A DNA stretch of 63,694 nt, counting the filler, from Octopus bimaculoides (lineage: Eukaryota): the NCBI RefSeq assembly GCF_001194135.2. It is 10 parts of 10 records of this genome, joined end to end, with 100 filler letters (N's around TTAATTAATTAA, not from the genome) between each part and the next. Parts side by side here need not be neighbours in the genome. Positions count along the whole stretch, not along the records: positions 34,461 to 42,751 come from NC_068982.1; positions 42,852 to 55,812 come from NC_068981.1; 8 more parts are not named here. One strand, given 5' to 3'. The position numbers and the translations under genes are program-made. The notes beneath the pieces were generated by a model that was not told the origin of the DNA, made no database searches, and saw only the letters and a program-made list of their open reading frames with translations. This document shows positions 36,275 through 49,200 of this stretch, one piece after another. Position 1 is the first letter of the stretch. Every line of letters begins with the position of its first letter.

Positions 36275-36426
36275 ATGCCGGAGCACCGCCGTTTTAGTCG
36301 AACAAATCGACCCCAGGACTTATTCTTCGTAAGCCTAGTACTTATTATATCGGTCGCTTTTGCCAAAACGCTAAGTTACACACACTCATCGATTGCCAAG
36401 CGATGGTGGGGGACAAACAATAACAC

Positions 36427-36465
<39 letters not shown>

Positions 36466-36626
36466 TATACGACAGGATTCTTTCAGTTTCCGTCTACCAA
36501 ATCCACTCACAAGACTTTGGTCGGCCCGAAGCTATAGTAGAAGACATTTGACCCAGGTGCCACGCAGTAGGACTGAACCCGAATCCATGTGGTTGGTAAG
36601 CAAGCTACTTATCACGCAGTCACTCC
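36275..36626 (-). mobile_element. tRNA-derived SINE, near full length
   Basis: Same family as 2161-2547. Confidence 0.85.
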
Positions 36627-37740
36627 TTGTTATATGTATAAACAATATATATCATCCATATGTATTATATGTATATATATATATATATATNNNNNNNNNN
36701 NNNNNNNNNNNNNNNNNNNNNNNNNNNNNNNNNNNNNNNNNNNNNNNNNNNNNNNNNNNNNNNNNNNNNNNNNNNNNNNNNNNNNNNNNNNNNNNNNNNN
36801 NNNNNNNNNNNNNNNNNNNNNNNNNNNNNNNNNNNNNNNNNNNNNNNNNNNNNNNNNNNNNNNNNNNNNNNNNNNNNNNNNNNNNNNNNNNNNNNNNNNN
36901 NNNNNNNNNNNNNNNNNNNNNNNNNNNNNNNNNNNNNNNNNNNNNNNNNNNNNNNNNNNNNNNNNNNNNNNNNNNNNNNNNNNNNNNNNNNNNNNNNNNN
37001 NNNNNNNNNNNTATATACACATACATATATACACACACACATATATATTTGTATGTGGGAGTACATATATAAATGTCTGTGCATATATAGATATTTTGAA
37101 CCCAGTGTGATAGATGTATAGGAAGGTTTTTCTTAACAAATCATTTTTGAAGTGTATAATTTTTAATATTCTTAATTTAAAATGGATTTGATCACAAAAT
37201 GTGAGTTGTCGCTGAATTAAAATGGAAACAGAAGCTTGTATTCTGCGTAAAATAGTGATGTTTAAAATCTATATTTTAATCTTAGAAAAGTATGAGCAGA
37301 GAAATCAATTTTAAGAAAAGAGAGATAAGCTACATCCCAATGCTTAAAATTTTCATCTACTATGCATCAAATCTTGTTTCAGAGATTATTGATTCAAAAT
37401 ATCTGTCCAAATTTCCAGAGTTAGTTGAACGAATAAATCGTCAGTTAATGCACAATGAATCCTGTTTGCTGTAAAGGTTTCAACTTTAATTAAACCAATG
37501 GAATTTACTCGAGAAAACTACAGACGAAAACTTCGAGCAAGTTTTATTGTACTCAAAGCAGAAAATGATGGAGGAAAAAAAAGTGACTGCCTCCAGTAAT
37601 TTGTATGAAAGTTGAGTGAGAATGGCGAATATGGTATGAATGAAAGGATCAATTATTTCATTTCAGCATGAGGTTGGATCTGGAAGGATGTATATGCTCA
37701 TACACAGTGAAAGGGAAAAGAGATGCTATGAAGACAATTA

Positions 37741-37935
37741 TACGAGGGGTTGCTTTAGGGGACCGCGAAAAGCCTGGCTGGAGGCCCAACATTCCAGGTT
37801 CTTTTACAGGGCTTAGAAAAGCTGAAGGATCACTGTAATAAGTGTGTGAATCTGAGAGGGGAATATGTTGAATGAAATCATAATTAACTGAAACTTAATT
37901 AACTGAAGCCAGAAACTTTTCAGTACCCTCTCATA
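37741..37935 (+). mobile_element. Internally deleted mariner (both TIRs plus transposase C-terminus)
   Basis: TA-CGAGGGG...CCCTCTCA-TA ends; encodes LEKLKDHCNKCVNLRGEYVE*. Confidence 0.8.
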
Positions 37936-38280
37936 TGAATATATCATTATGTATATAAGCGTGTCTCATGCACACATGCACAAACATTTGTGTGTGCGTG
38001 TGTGCGTGCGCGCGCATATTTGCGTATATATATATATATATATATATATNNNNNNNNNNNNNNNNNNNNNNNNNNNNNNNNNNNNNNNNNNNNNNNNNNN
38101 NNNNNNNNNNNNNNNNNNNNNNNNNNNNNNNNNNNNNNNNNNNNNNNNNNNNNNNNNNNNNNNNNNNNNNNNNNNNNNNNNNNNNNNNNNNNNNNNNNNN
38201 NNNNNNNNNNNNNNNNNNNNNNNNNNNNNNNNNNNNNNNNNNNNNNNNNNNNNNNNNNNNNNNNNNNNNNNNNNNNNNNN

Positions 38281-38322
<42 letters not shown>

Positions 38323-39579
38323 AATATACATTCATGCACACACACACATAACGTCTGAAATTAAGTTATTTAATGAGATAAAATATGAACTAATTTCTAC
38401 AATTGCATAATATACATAAAGCGACGGGAGGATGAAATATTCTTAAAATCATTTATAACCATATATTTATATAAATTAAATTTAAAAGAGTGGGATTGTC
38501 AGTGGATTTATAGAGTGTCAGACAAAACACTTTCGATGCGTGGTTTATAGGGATGAGTTACTCTTCCTTTAATCTTTGATAACTGTTTAAAGGTTGGTCG
38601 GACAGGTCTATTTGAGAGGGAAGTTTCTTGGCTGTAGACATAGGATAACGCTAACCGACAGTCTGTCTAGTACGCGATCGATTCGGTCATCCACAACTCT
38701 CATGTATTAAGTGTATAATGGCACAAATGTACATATTATTGACAAATCAAACTATAAGATATTTATCTCTAGAATAATAAATTACTTGTTCTAACAAAGG
38801 GGCATTTTTCAATATGGGGACTTGCTGTACATTGATATAGCTTAAAACAATAATTAGTGCTTGATTGTCTGAGTTCATGGTTCGATAAAAGTTTCGATTA
38901 ACTTTAGATTTGTTTGTTATTAGGTATATAATTCTATTATTTATGGACTGATATCAAATGGTCTTTTGTGTAAACATACGTGCATTGTTCACAGACATTG
39001 TACAGTAAGTAGCTTGTGGCAGAAAAATATGTTTAACGGAAGGTTTAAGTTTTTGTTACAATACAAAGTTTGGAGAACATTGTTGATAGATGTTTGTTTG
39101 TGTACGTAAATGGTGAGCGCCATCGAGAATGTTTTCAATGATTTAAAATTGGGAAGTAAGTTCGATTTGCGTAATATTTCATTTATTCTTTGAGAAATGA
39201 ATGAATGCCACAGTACCACGGCTTGCTGTCTATGCAACTGATAATCCTTGGTAGATAAAATGTTCGCGAAAGATCAAGCAGCATACCCTAACCATCATAA
39301 TAGTGGATGCAAGTAAGAAATAATTATTCCTTGATTTCATACAACAGTTTAATATGCATATGTATGTCATTGTTCATTTTTATTTCAAAATTTCTTGCTA
39401 ATAGAGAAAGGGGTGGTTTCTAACCTAGGTTCAAGGCTCCTTCAGTGGAATTTCAACATCAACAACAGGGTATTTTTGTTTGTATGTATGCATGTATGTA
39501 TATGTGTAGATTTGTATGTTTTGCTTTATGTATGTATCCTCATGCATATAGTTGCATATATAAACATGCTCATATATAT

Positions 39580-40297
39580 TTAAATGATAAACTTCTTGAA
39601 AGTTTTACAGATTTTTACAATTCCAGTGATGGGTTAGGTCTGTAGTCTTCGAATTAGCTTTCTCCTCTCTGGTTTTGAGAAGCCTAATTTCTCAGGCAGT
39701 GTGTTACATATCCCAGGGTCCCAAAAATTACCTGAACTTGTAATCTGGATAGAGTAACTGCAGATTTCTCAATAGTTCAGCGTAGGTATTTTCTTTTTCA
39801 CTGATCTTTAGCTTTATGTTAACATCCGCTGGGCAGCTAATTTCCACAACTGTGCACAGTTTCTCTTCTCTATCCCAAATCATTATATCAGGTCTGTTGT
39901 GCTTACATTTTATCGAGGTCTTCACTGGGACATTCCATCAGCACTCCTTTTTATTATGAATGACTATAGCTTCTACCATACTGTGGGTTCTTATTTCTTT
40001 GTCCTCGGGGTTATCCTTCCGACAGATTTCATTATGGAGTGTTTTAGCTACATCATCATGTCTCATCGGTAGATAATACCGTAATGACATTTTCGGACGA
40101 CTGCTTATGGCGTGGGTGATATTTTCGGTGTTAACTCCACAAAGTCTGCAGCGGTTATCACATTTTACTGCTTTTCCAGCATCTCTATCCCTTTCGTGCA
40201 TCAGGAACTTGATTGATATTTCCTGTTCCTGGATTACAAACGCATACTCTTAAAAGTGGGAGGTAGTAATCCGGTTATTGTTCCATGATAAACTGCT
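39580..40297 (-). mobile_element. R4/Dong-like non-LTR retrotransposon 3' end (CCHC knuckle plus restriction-like endonuclease), decayed
   Basis: AFVIQEQEI, CRLCGVNTENITHAISS, RHDDVAK, HNRPDIMIWD...VVEISCP...EKENTYAEL, KICKTFQKFII*. Confidence 0.85.
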
Positions 40298-40314
40298 TTG
40301 ATGATCAATGTTAA

Positions 40315-40491
40315 TATCGTCTGTTTGTCTATCTGTTTGTCTGTCTGTCTATCTGTCTGTATGTATGTACGTATGTATGTCTGTATGTATGTATGTGTGT
40401 TGTGTGTGAGCTTGTCTGCCTGCCTGCCTGCCTGCCTGCCTACCTGCCTACCTACCTACCTACCTACCTACCTACCTACCTACCTACCTAC

Positions 40492-40542
<51 letters not shown>

Positions 40543-40545
40543 CCT
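40315..40545. repeat. Compound tetranucleotide microsatellite CTGT, ATGT, CTGC, CTAC, CTAT
   Basis: Directly visible blocks of different 4-bp units. Confidence 0.95.
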
Positions 40546-40958
40546 AGATAAAGAATCAGTCAAGTACTGAGTTCAATTTAATCGGCTAACTCGCTTCCAC
40601 TAAATTTCGGTGAGAGCAACTGTATCTTCATAGCTGGCGTCTCTGGATCCACTTGGCTTATAACCCGAAGTACGCAATACTTGAAAAAATAATTAAATTA
40701 AGGAAAATAAAATTGCGTGGTTATGGTTGGAATGCCTTGCATTATAGGTCCAGTGGATCATGGATGATCCAGGATTAAATAACAAAATGAACGACTACTA
40801 CATTTGTTTATGTAACAATACATTTTTGAAGGTAAGTAGTAAAAGTAAAGGCAATATAAGAGAAGGAATGTTAACGACTGAATGGTTTACTTATTTTATG
40901 TATATATATGTGTGTGTAAGTGTGTGTACGTGTGTGTGTGTATGTGTCTCTGTTTGTG

Positions 40959-40989
<31 letters not shown>

Positions 40990-41087
40990 TCAATGCAAAT
41001 AAACAAACAGTTCAAATAAACGACTAAAAACGAAGAACATGAGGACGTGCATAAGAAATGTATTAGCTTGCTCGGTGGAAGGAGAGA

Positions 41088-41123
41088 GTTCGACGTTTCA
41101 GGCATAGCTCTTCGTCGGAAAGG
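41088..41123 (-). ncRNA. Degenerate minimal hammerhead ribozyme motif
   Basis: Minus strand CCTTT-CCGACGA-A-GAGC-TAT-GCCT-GAAAC-GTC-GAAC; core and stems mutated relative to the 59881 copy. Confidence 0.5.
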
Positions 41124-42699
41124 AGAAAGGGAAAAGTCCAAAGGAAGAGAAATCATATCATCAACGGTACACGTACAATTACACTGTTGAATGTAACTCA
41201 GAGAGTCTAGTGGCATGTATATGAACAACATTAAAACAAATACAGGTATATCAAATACCATGCGACATAAACACTTGATTTATTAAAATTATCTTCAATT
41301 TGAGAGGATATGTTATAATGATCAGATAGGAATTAAGACCACCTCCACATGAGAAGAGAGGATAATGTTAACAATTCTCCAAAGTTGACATGCCATTAAC
41401 AAAAAGAAGTCAGACTTATTTTCTGGAGACGAGAAGGGAGTTTTGGACATGTGTTTCTACCTCTTTAGGCATCATCAGCACAACAATTGTGTTATTTATC
41501 TCCAGTAGGTGAGAAACTTAGACAAATACAAAAAGAGTAGAACTTATTTGTGGCATTCGCAATTTGTATAATTGAAGCAAAAATGTGGTAAAGGAAATAA
41601 CTCAGAGTGGTCAGTGGCATGGAACATCATAGACAAATACAGATATGAAATACAGGTAAATCAAATACCATACAACATAAATTCTTGAGTTACTAAAGTT
41701 AACTCCACCTCTAGAGGATATGTTACAATTATCAGATGTGTGTGCGTGTGAGCGTGTTCTTTCTGGTCATTCCGTTAAAATTGGAAAAAAAACACAATTA
41801 AAAGGAAGTACTCAAGTACATCATGTAGAGATTATTAATTCATTTAATGGGAAGTGACTTTTATAAGACTAATTCTCTTCTATTCGAGAAACCATCAATG
41901 TGCCTCAATGTATGTGTATGTGTGCGCGCGAGTGTATCATATATAAATGCACATACTCAGATATACACACACACACACATATGCTCACACATATTCAGAT
42001 TAATAAGTCGATTTTTTTAAATAGTAGTTAACTAAATCTAAATTAGATTCGTATAGTCTCAATATATTTATTTGGAAAATAAAAATAAAAATAAAAATGG
42101 TTTCTAATACGGAAATATAATTTATTTTTATTATGGTGCAAATGGTTGCAAGCTTTCAGCAAGCAGTCATATAGATAAAATATAATGTCGGTCTAGCTCT
42201 CGCTTGGCTGGCATAACCGGCAATATTAGCTATTAACAATTCAATCAAATGTTAGGCAAGATTGTTAATATTTTTCAGAACAATACTGCACACAATACTT
42301 TACCGTGTGTGGCATCATTAAATATTGATTAATGATAGGGGAAGTATTGCATTAAAATGCTAATATAATGAACTATAGGAAATCTTGATTACTTCCTACA
42401 AGTCAATACTAGTATAACAATTTCGTCCGATTGGACGTTAGATATTCTCTGCATGCTTTCAGTAAATCAGAAGTTGGACATAGTATAGGAAACGATATTT
42501 ATTTATTTATTTACTTACTTTGTGTTAACTACCTAAGACGCGCGCAAACTCACACTCATCCCTCTATGCAAACATACATAAGTACATTGCATTCACTTAC
42601 AAGTACAAATGTACGTCATACACACAGAGGAGACTCATTTACTTGCATATAATACAGACATACGCAAGCACAAAATCAATCAATCAATCAATCAACCTC

Positions 42700-42751
<52 letters not shown>

Positions 42752-42851
42752 NNNNNNNNNNNNNNNNNNNNNNNNNNNNNNNNNNNNNNNNNNNNTTAAT
42801 TAATTAANNNNNNNNNNNNNNNNNNNNNNNNNNNNNNNNNNNNNNNNNNNN

Positions 42852-42887
<36 letters not shown>

Positions 42888-42889
<2 letters not shown>

Positions 42890-44030
42890 TCTCTCTCACT
42901 CCTCCTCCCTTGCTCACGTGGCTCCCACATGACCATCAGACATCTTTCTTTCTCTCCGTTGTAGCTGGAACAAGGAAGACGTGTTCTTGTTTGTCTCCTG
43001 TCCTAGCTTGATTTACGCTTTCACCACCAGAACCTCGTTTAGGCTTAGCAACCCTTCCTGTTTATTATCACTGTCCTGTCTATGTTACCTATTTTGACCC
43101 TCCGCAAAATCCTAAATATGAATTAAGTCGCTTTGCGGGAGCAACTGTTTTATCAAAAGCGTATATTGTTGTTAAATGCTCGAAATACGAGACTAGACAA
43201 ACAGCGAACAACTGATGAAGGCTCGGTCTTTATGTTTGTTTTGTTTTCCATTTGTGTATTTCGTTGTTCGAAAGAATAGTTCATGTTCCATGTACTCGTG
43301 CTTCGTATTTTTTGTACACATTTCATGACGTCCTGTGCTCACATATGTACATATATATACGTATAGATGTAAGTATGTACATATACGTATGTATATATGC
43401 ATATATATATTATTTATATTATTATATGGGTGATCGCAACGCATCCTCTTACAAGTGAGTTTTATCTTAATTATTCTGATGTGCACTCTATACGATCTTT
43501 TTACGCTTTCGTTTTTCTCTCTTTTATTCTTTTACCTCCCCTTCTCCTACTATTACTCTGTCACTCTGTCCCGCATTCCTCCTCCCTTTCTCACGTAGCT
43601 CCCATGTGACCATCGGACATCTTTCTTTCTCTCCGTTGTAGCTGGAACAGGGAAGGCGTGTTCTTGTTTGTCTCTTGTCCTAGCTAGATTTACGCGTTCG
43701 CCACCACAACCTCGTTTAGGCATAGTAGCCCTTCCTGATTGTTTTCACCTTTCTGTTTATGTCACCTATTTTGACGCTCCGCAAAATCTCAAATTTTATT
43801 GAATTTCCTTTGCGCGAGCAACTGTTTTATCGAAAGCGTATATTGTTGTTAAATGCTCGAAATAAGAGACTAGAAAAACAGCCAACAGCTGATGAAGTGT
43901 CGTTCTTTATGTTTTTTGTTTTGTTTTCCATTTGCGTCTTTCGTTGTTCGAAAAAATAGTTCATGTTCCATGTACTCGTGCTCCGTATTTTTTTTTGTAC
44001 ACCTTTCATGACGTCCTGTGCCCACATATG
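42888..44030 (+). repeat. Two diverged about 460-bp head-to-tail copies (42888-43347 and 43556-44030), probably Penelope terminal-repeat related
   Basis: Collinear high similarity; each copy ends at a (TA)n tract. Confidence 0.8.
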
Positions 44031-44312
44031 CTTATATATATATATATATATNNNNNNNNNNNNNNNNNNNNNNNNNNNNNNNNNNNNNNNNNNNNNNNNN
44101 NNNNNNNNNNNNNNNNNNNNNNNNNNNNNNNNNNNNNNNNNNNNNNNNNNNNNNNNNNNNNNNNNNNNNNNNNNNNNNNNNNNNNNNNNNNNNNNNNNNN
44201 NNNNNNNNNNNNNNNNNNNNNNNNNNNNNNNNNNNNNNNNNNNNNNNNNNNNNNNNNNNNNNNNNNNNNNNNNNNNNNNNNNNNNNNNNNNNNNNNNNNN
44301 NNNNNNNNNNNN

Positions 44313-44362
<50 letters not shown>

Positions 44363-44603
44363 GTGTGTGTGTGTGTAGAAATATATAATAAGGCGTATAG
44401 GTTATAAGCAAAATTACACAACACTAACTGGTTGCCTACACTTCCACTCAGTGTCATGACAGAACTAATGTTTCAGAAAACAGAACTCGTTCTGTCTCTC
44501 AAACAATTTTCCATCAGCCACAATAAAAGACTGTCTGCCAATAACCAGTTAGCGTATAACCAGTTTAACAGCATGTAAATTTATACAACTTTTGCATGTT
44601 TGG

Positions 44604-44639
<36 letters not shown>

Positions 44640-44776
44640 ACATACACACACTCACACGTACATGCAAACATACATACATTCATACATACATTCATACATA
44701 CATTCAAACGTACATATATTTATACATATTATTCATATACATATATATATATAAATATATATATCATACATGTGTG

Positions 44777-44841
<65 letters not shown>

Positions 44842-45333
44842 NNNNNNNNNNNNNNNNNNNNNNNNNNNNNNNNNNNNNNNNNNNNNNNNNNNNNNNNNNN
44901 NNNNNNNNNNNNNNNNNNNNNNNNNNNNNNNNNNNNNNNNNNNNNNNNNNNNNNNNNNNNNNNNNNNNNNNNNNNNNNNNNNNNNNNNNNNNNNNNNNNN
45001 NNNNNNNNNNNNNNNNNNNNNNNNNNNNNNNNNNNNNNNNNNNNNNNNNNNNNNNNNNNNNNNNNNNNNNNNNNNNNNNNNNNNNCGTGTGCGTGTGTGC
45101 GCGTGTGCGTAGTGTGTGTGTGTGTGCGTGTAGATGTGTTGAGATAAGTACATACGCTGATATTGGTTATACGAAACAATTCAAAGTTCCGTTCGAAAAC
45201 TCTACTAGAATTTCTTCATCCCGGTGCTTTTGTTTTCATTATTTATTTATTGCTTTCTCACTTCTCTTCCTTTCCTGTTTAGTATTTTCCCTTTGCCCTC
45301 ACTTCTCCCTCTTCTTTTCCTTCTCACTCTCTG

Positions 45334-45391
<58 letters not shown>

Positions 45392-45544
45392 CGTCTCTCT
45401 CTCTCTCTCTTTTTCCGTCTCTTCTTTACCGTTAAATGTGCAATGTGCTCAGTTAACAGATTTATCACGCACTCACAATGTTTTATTCATAAGACAATCT
45501 AAGAGAGAGCTGTTTACTAAGATGTGAATACTATGAAGGGCATA

Positions 45545-46130
45545 ACAGCGACCACGACGTCGATAACGACAACAATGATGGTCAATTTGACGACCAAGAG
45601 GAAGTTGATCACGGTGATGATGATGATATGTAAGATGAGCAGGAAGTGAAGGAAGAAGAGGAGGAAAGTGATGATGATGACGACGATGACGACGACGACG
45701 AAGATGATAATGATGATGACAATGATGGTGGTGGTGGTGGTGGTGGTGGTGTTGGTGGTGGTGGTGGTGGTGGTGTTGNNNNNNNNNNNNNNNNNNNNNN
45801 NNNNNNNNNNNNNNNNNNNNNNNNNNNNNNNNNNNNNNNNNNNNNNNNNNNNNNNNNNNNNNNNNNNNGGTGTTGTTGTTGTTGTTGTTGGTGGTGGTGT
45901 TGTTGGTGATGTTGTTGGTGGTGTTGTTGTTGTTGTTGTTGGTGGTGGTGTTGTTGGTGGTGGCGTTGGTGGTGGTGGTGGTGGTGGTGGTGGTTGTGAC
46001 AATGATGCTGATGATGTCGACGACGACGACGACGATGATGATTTACGATGATGACGATGATGATAATCGATGACGATGTTGATGACGATGATGATGACAG
46101 AAACGATAACGATGAGGATGGTAACGGCTT
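45545..46130. repeat. Long compound trinucleotide low-complexity tract (GAT/GAC/GGT/GTT)
   Basis: Directly visible; contains a gap. Confidence 0.95.
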
Positions 46131-46212
46131 AGTAGACCGGGTCCCTGGCTCGATTTAACTCCACTCCTTCGTTCTTTGGTACTTTTGTCGGAGTTTTGTC
46201 TGTTGCAAGCAT

Positions 46213-46290
46213 TCAAGCCAGGTCACCTCTCTCAGACGCATCTCTGAGTTCATAGAATTCGTCACTGTCACTGCCTGTCCTGTCCTCTAC
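46213..46290 (-). CDS. Candidate terminal exon VEDRTGSDSDEFYELRDASERGDLA*
   Basis: Strong polypyrimidine acceptor (TTTTTTCTTTTTAAG); phase-0 open frame of 25 aa with an acidic tract. Confidence 0.3.
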   Translation of the reverse strand, partial: VEDRTGSDSDEFYELRDASERGDLA

Positions 46291-49200
46291 CTTAAAAAGA
46301 AAAAAAAAACAATTGTGATGGAGATTTGATGTATATAATGACCATCAATGATTGCAATGCCGATTAAAGTAACTACAGTGATATTGATGAGGATGATGGC
46401 TGCGTCGAAGAAGAATATTATGAAGATACTGATGGAGATGATTATGGTAATGATGAATTGTCGCACAGATCTATTTCAATATTAAAGAGAAATATGTATT
46501 AATGAAAGTTTCGGGCGCGTCCATGCTTTCCAGAATATTATTTCCCACTAAACTGAAATGATTTCTACTGGGAAAATGAAAACATACCAAGAACTTAGTC
46601 CTGAAAAATGAAAGCTTACCGCATACAAAAAGAGACTCAAATATACATACTTATATACATACACATCAACGGCACAATGCATTTACAAGTGTATATATAT
46701 ATACAGGTTTGTATTTGATTGTGCACAGCTGAAACGGTTTATTTATATATATGAATGTAGGCGCAGGCGCGCGCTTGTGTGATTTAAAGTACTAGCATGA
46801 TGAATTGTTATAATAGAAAATAAAAATCAAAATTCTAATTATGATTTCTCACATTGGCACAACGCCTATAATTTTAATTACAAACACATTTGTGAATCAC
46901 GTGATAAAAATATTGATTTTTACTGTTACCTTCTATTCATTTAAAAAACGGCATGATGTGAAAAAAATAGTACTTATAACCATAAAGTGTGCGGAGCCAG
47001 TCCGACAGTGTAGGTGGTAAATTGCTGGTAAGTTTTAGCCTACAGTGTAGGTTCGATTCCTGTCTGTAAGTTGCTTGCTTTATTTTCAATGTCCTCAAAA
47101 ACACGGCTTGAAGGTCACAAATTTCATACAGCATCGCCTTGAATCAATAAATACGTAATAGCAGTTTTTGGATACCTCTGATCACAAAACACCTCAATCA
47201 GTGGATCTATTTATCGCTTTATTGAGAGGGTGAATAAATATTAAACGAAAATCTATTGATTCTTTTACATGTCGATCACGTTTGTTCTATGGAATTTTGG
47301 TGAAAGAAATTAAATCGATGCCACTAAACGATAAAACTACGTGCAGTTTTCTGCCAATCTATGATTGTGTCAGTGACTTGACTTCTGATCAGCATAGGCA
47401 TCCATCGATGACTGAGCAATCCTTTTGAATTATAGATGAAACCAATGAAACTCCAAACCATCTTCTGATCACACTCACATGGGGAGCTGAATAAAACATT
47501 GCAAAACTACGAAATACACGTTATTTCATTTATGTTATCTATTTATTTTATTTTTGTTTATTTCTTATCATTCGTTCTGATGCTGTTTACAATGTTGTAT
47601 CCGTTCTATTAAGTGGCATCTTTCTATCTTTACAGCTTTCACCATTCTGGCGTATAAGATTGATATCAAAACTGTTTAGGTCGATAACGTCTTAGTTATA
47701 TGTTACGCTGTCATATCATACTGGACGTTTAGTGTTTGAGAATATTTCGACAAGCAATAGGCTTTAATCATCTCACACATCTAGATTATTTCAAACCGAA
47801 GCCTTGTAAATAGGAAAAGAGGAAGAGCTGTGTAGACAATATTCTTTCTAATTTTAGCACAAGGTCAGCAATTTTGAGGGGATGGTAAGTAGATTACATT
47901 CACTCTGGTGTTCAACTAGTATTTATTTTATCGACCTTGAAGGGATGAAAAGGCAAAGTTGACTTCGGTGGCATTTGAAATCAGAACGAAAAGACGAGCG
48001 AAGTGCCGCTAAGCATTTTGCCCGTTGTGCAAACGATTCTGCTGGCTCGCAACCCCTATGGGTGGGAAATATACTGCATCAACAACAGAGTATTATGAGT
48101 TCATAAGTTATTTACAAGTATATCAGCGAAGTTTGGCCAATCAAGTTAAGAATAATTCTTACCGAACTTTTCTATGAAAGTAACCTAGGATATAAAAAAG
48201 GGGGGCTATCTATAATCAAATTAGAATATTTCAAGAAAAGTCATGCATCGCGTTTCCAAACACCTAGATTGAAGATTAGGCTAACATTTCAAACAACTGC
48301 TGGACAGATTAGATTTGTCAGTTTTTTAAAATTAAAATTTTAGTTCTCTGGAACCACATACCCACTGTATAAGTACTCAACAAGCCCTTGTACTTACGGC
48401 ATAATCTTCAATCGGACTCTTCTTTACATAATTTATGATAAGCCTGATCTTCGCGTCATACGAACGGTCAATTATACAGGCTGCTATACAATTTTTGACT
48501 ACTCGATTTCACACGCTAATTTCTTGGTAGATGACAGTTTTTCAAGATGACATGCAAGTTGATCAAACCTAGTATCACATGATTGAGAAAATAACTTGTT
48601 AATTACTCCGTCATGCGTCAAATATTGTCAAAACTATAATATTTCTGCAAGGCCATAAATTCCTCTGAGTAGAATTTTTAAGCGATTTTTTTAAACTGAA
48701 GCGCTTCGTGTTTTTCTCTTTATTATCAATGATGTTGGATGATGTTTCTAGCTTCAGAAATAAAATAGATAACTGCATTTCACGTTTCAGGTAGTGTTGA
48801 GAATGTTAATTTTTTTTCTAATAAAAATATTTTTAATAGCTAATTAAAATTTTATGGTAAATAATATTTTTGAGATTAATTTATTTTGTTTGTTTTAGGG
48901 ATTTCAAATGTAGGGGAAACATAACATTCTCCTTCTACAAGAAGAGAGTACACATATCCACTTCACTTTTATACTCTCTCATGCAAGGAGAGAGAAAGAG
49001 GGGGGAGGGGGAGAGGGGGGAGAAAGATGTATAAACTCACACACATCCTGGTACGCATGCAGAAAGGCATAAATTATATATTCGTACGTGCATAACTGTA
49101 TAAATAAATGTAGAAACATATAAATACGTAAATGACCAGCGGATATTTTGCCGTGAATTTAGTGCAACAAAGTCCGTCCAGCTTTCAATTCTAGTAAGAA

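Noticed and set aside
45517-46073. Poly-D/G/V/T/P ORFs as a low-complexity protein
   Set aside because: Pure trinucleotide slippage tract, open in several frames and strands, with no splice or domain support.
47030-47065. GGTTCGATTCC as a tRNA gene
   Set aside because: Isolated B box without a cloverleaf; at most a decayed SINE head.
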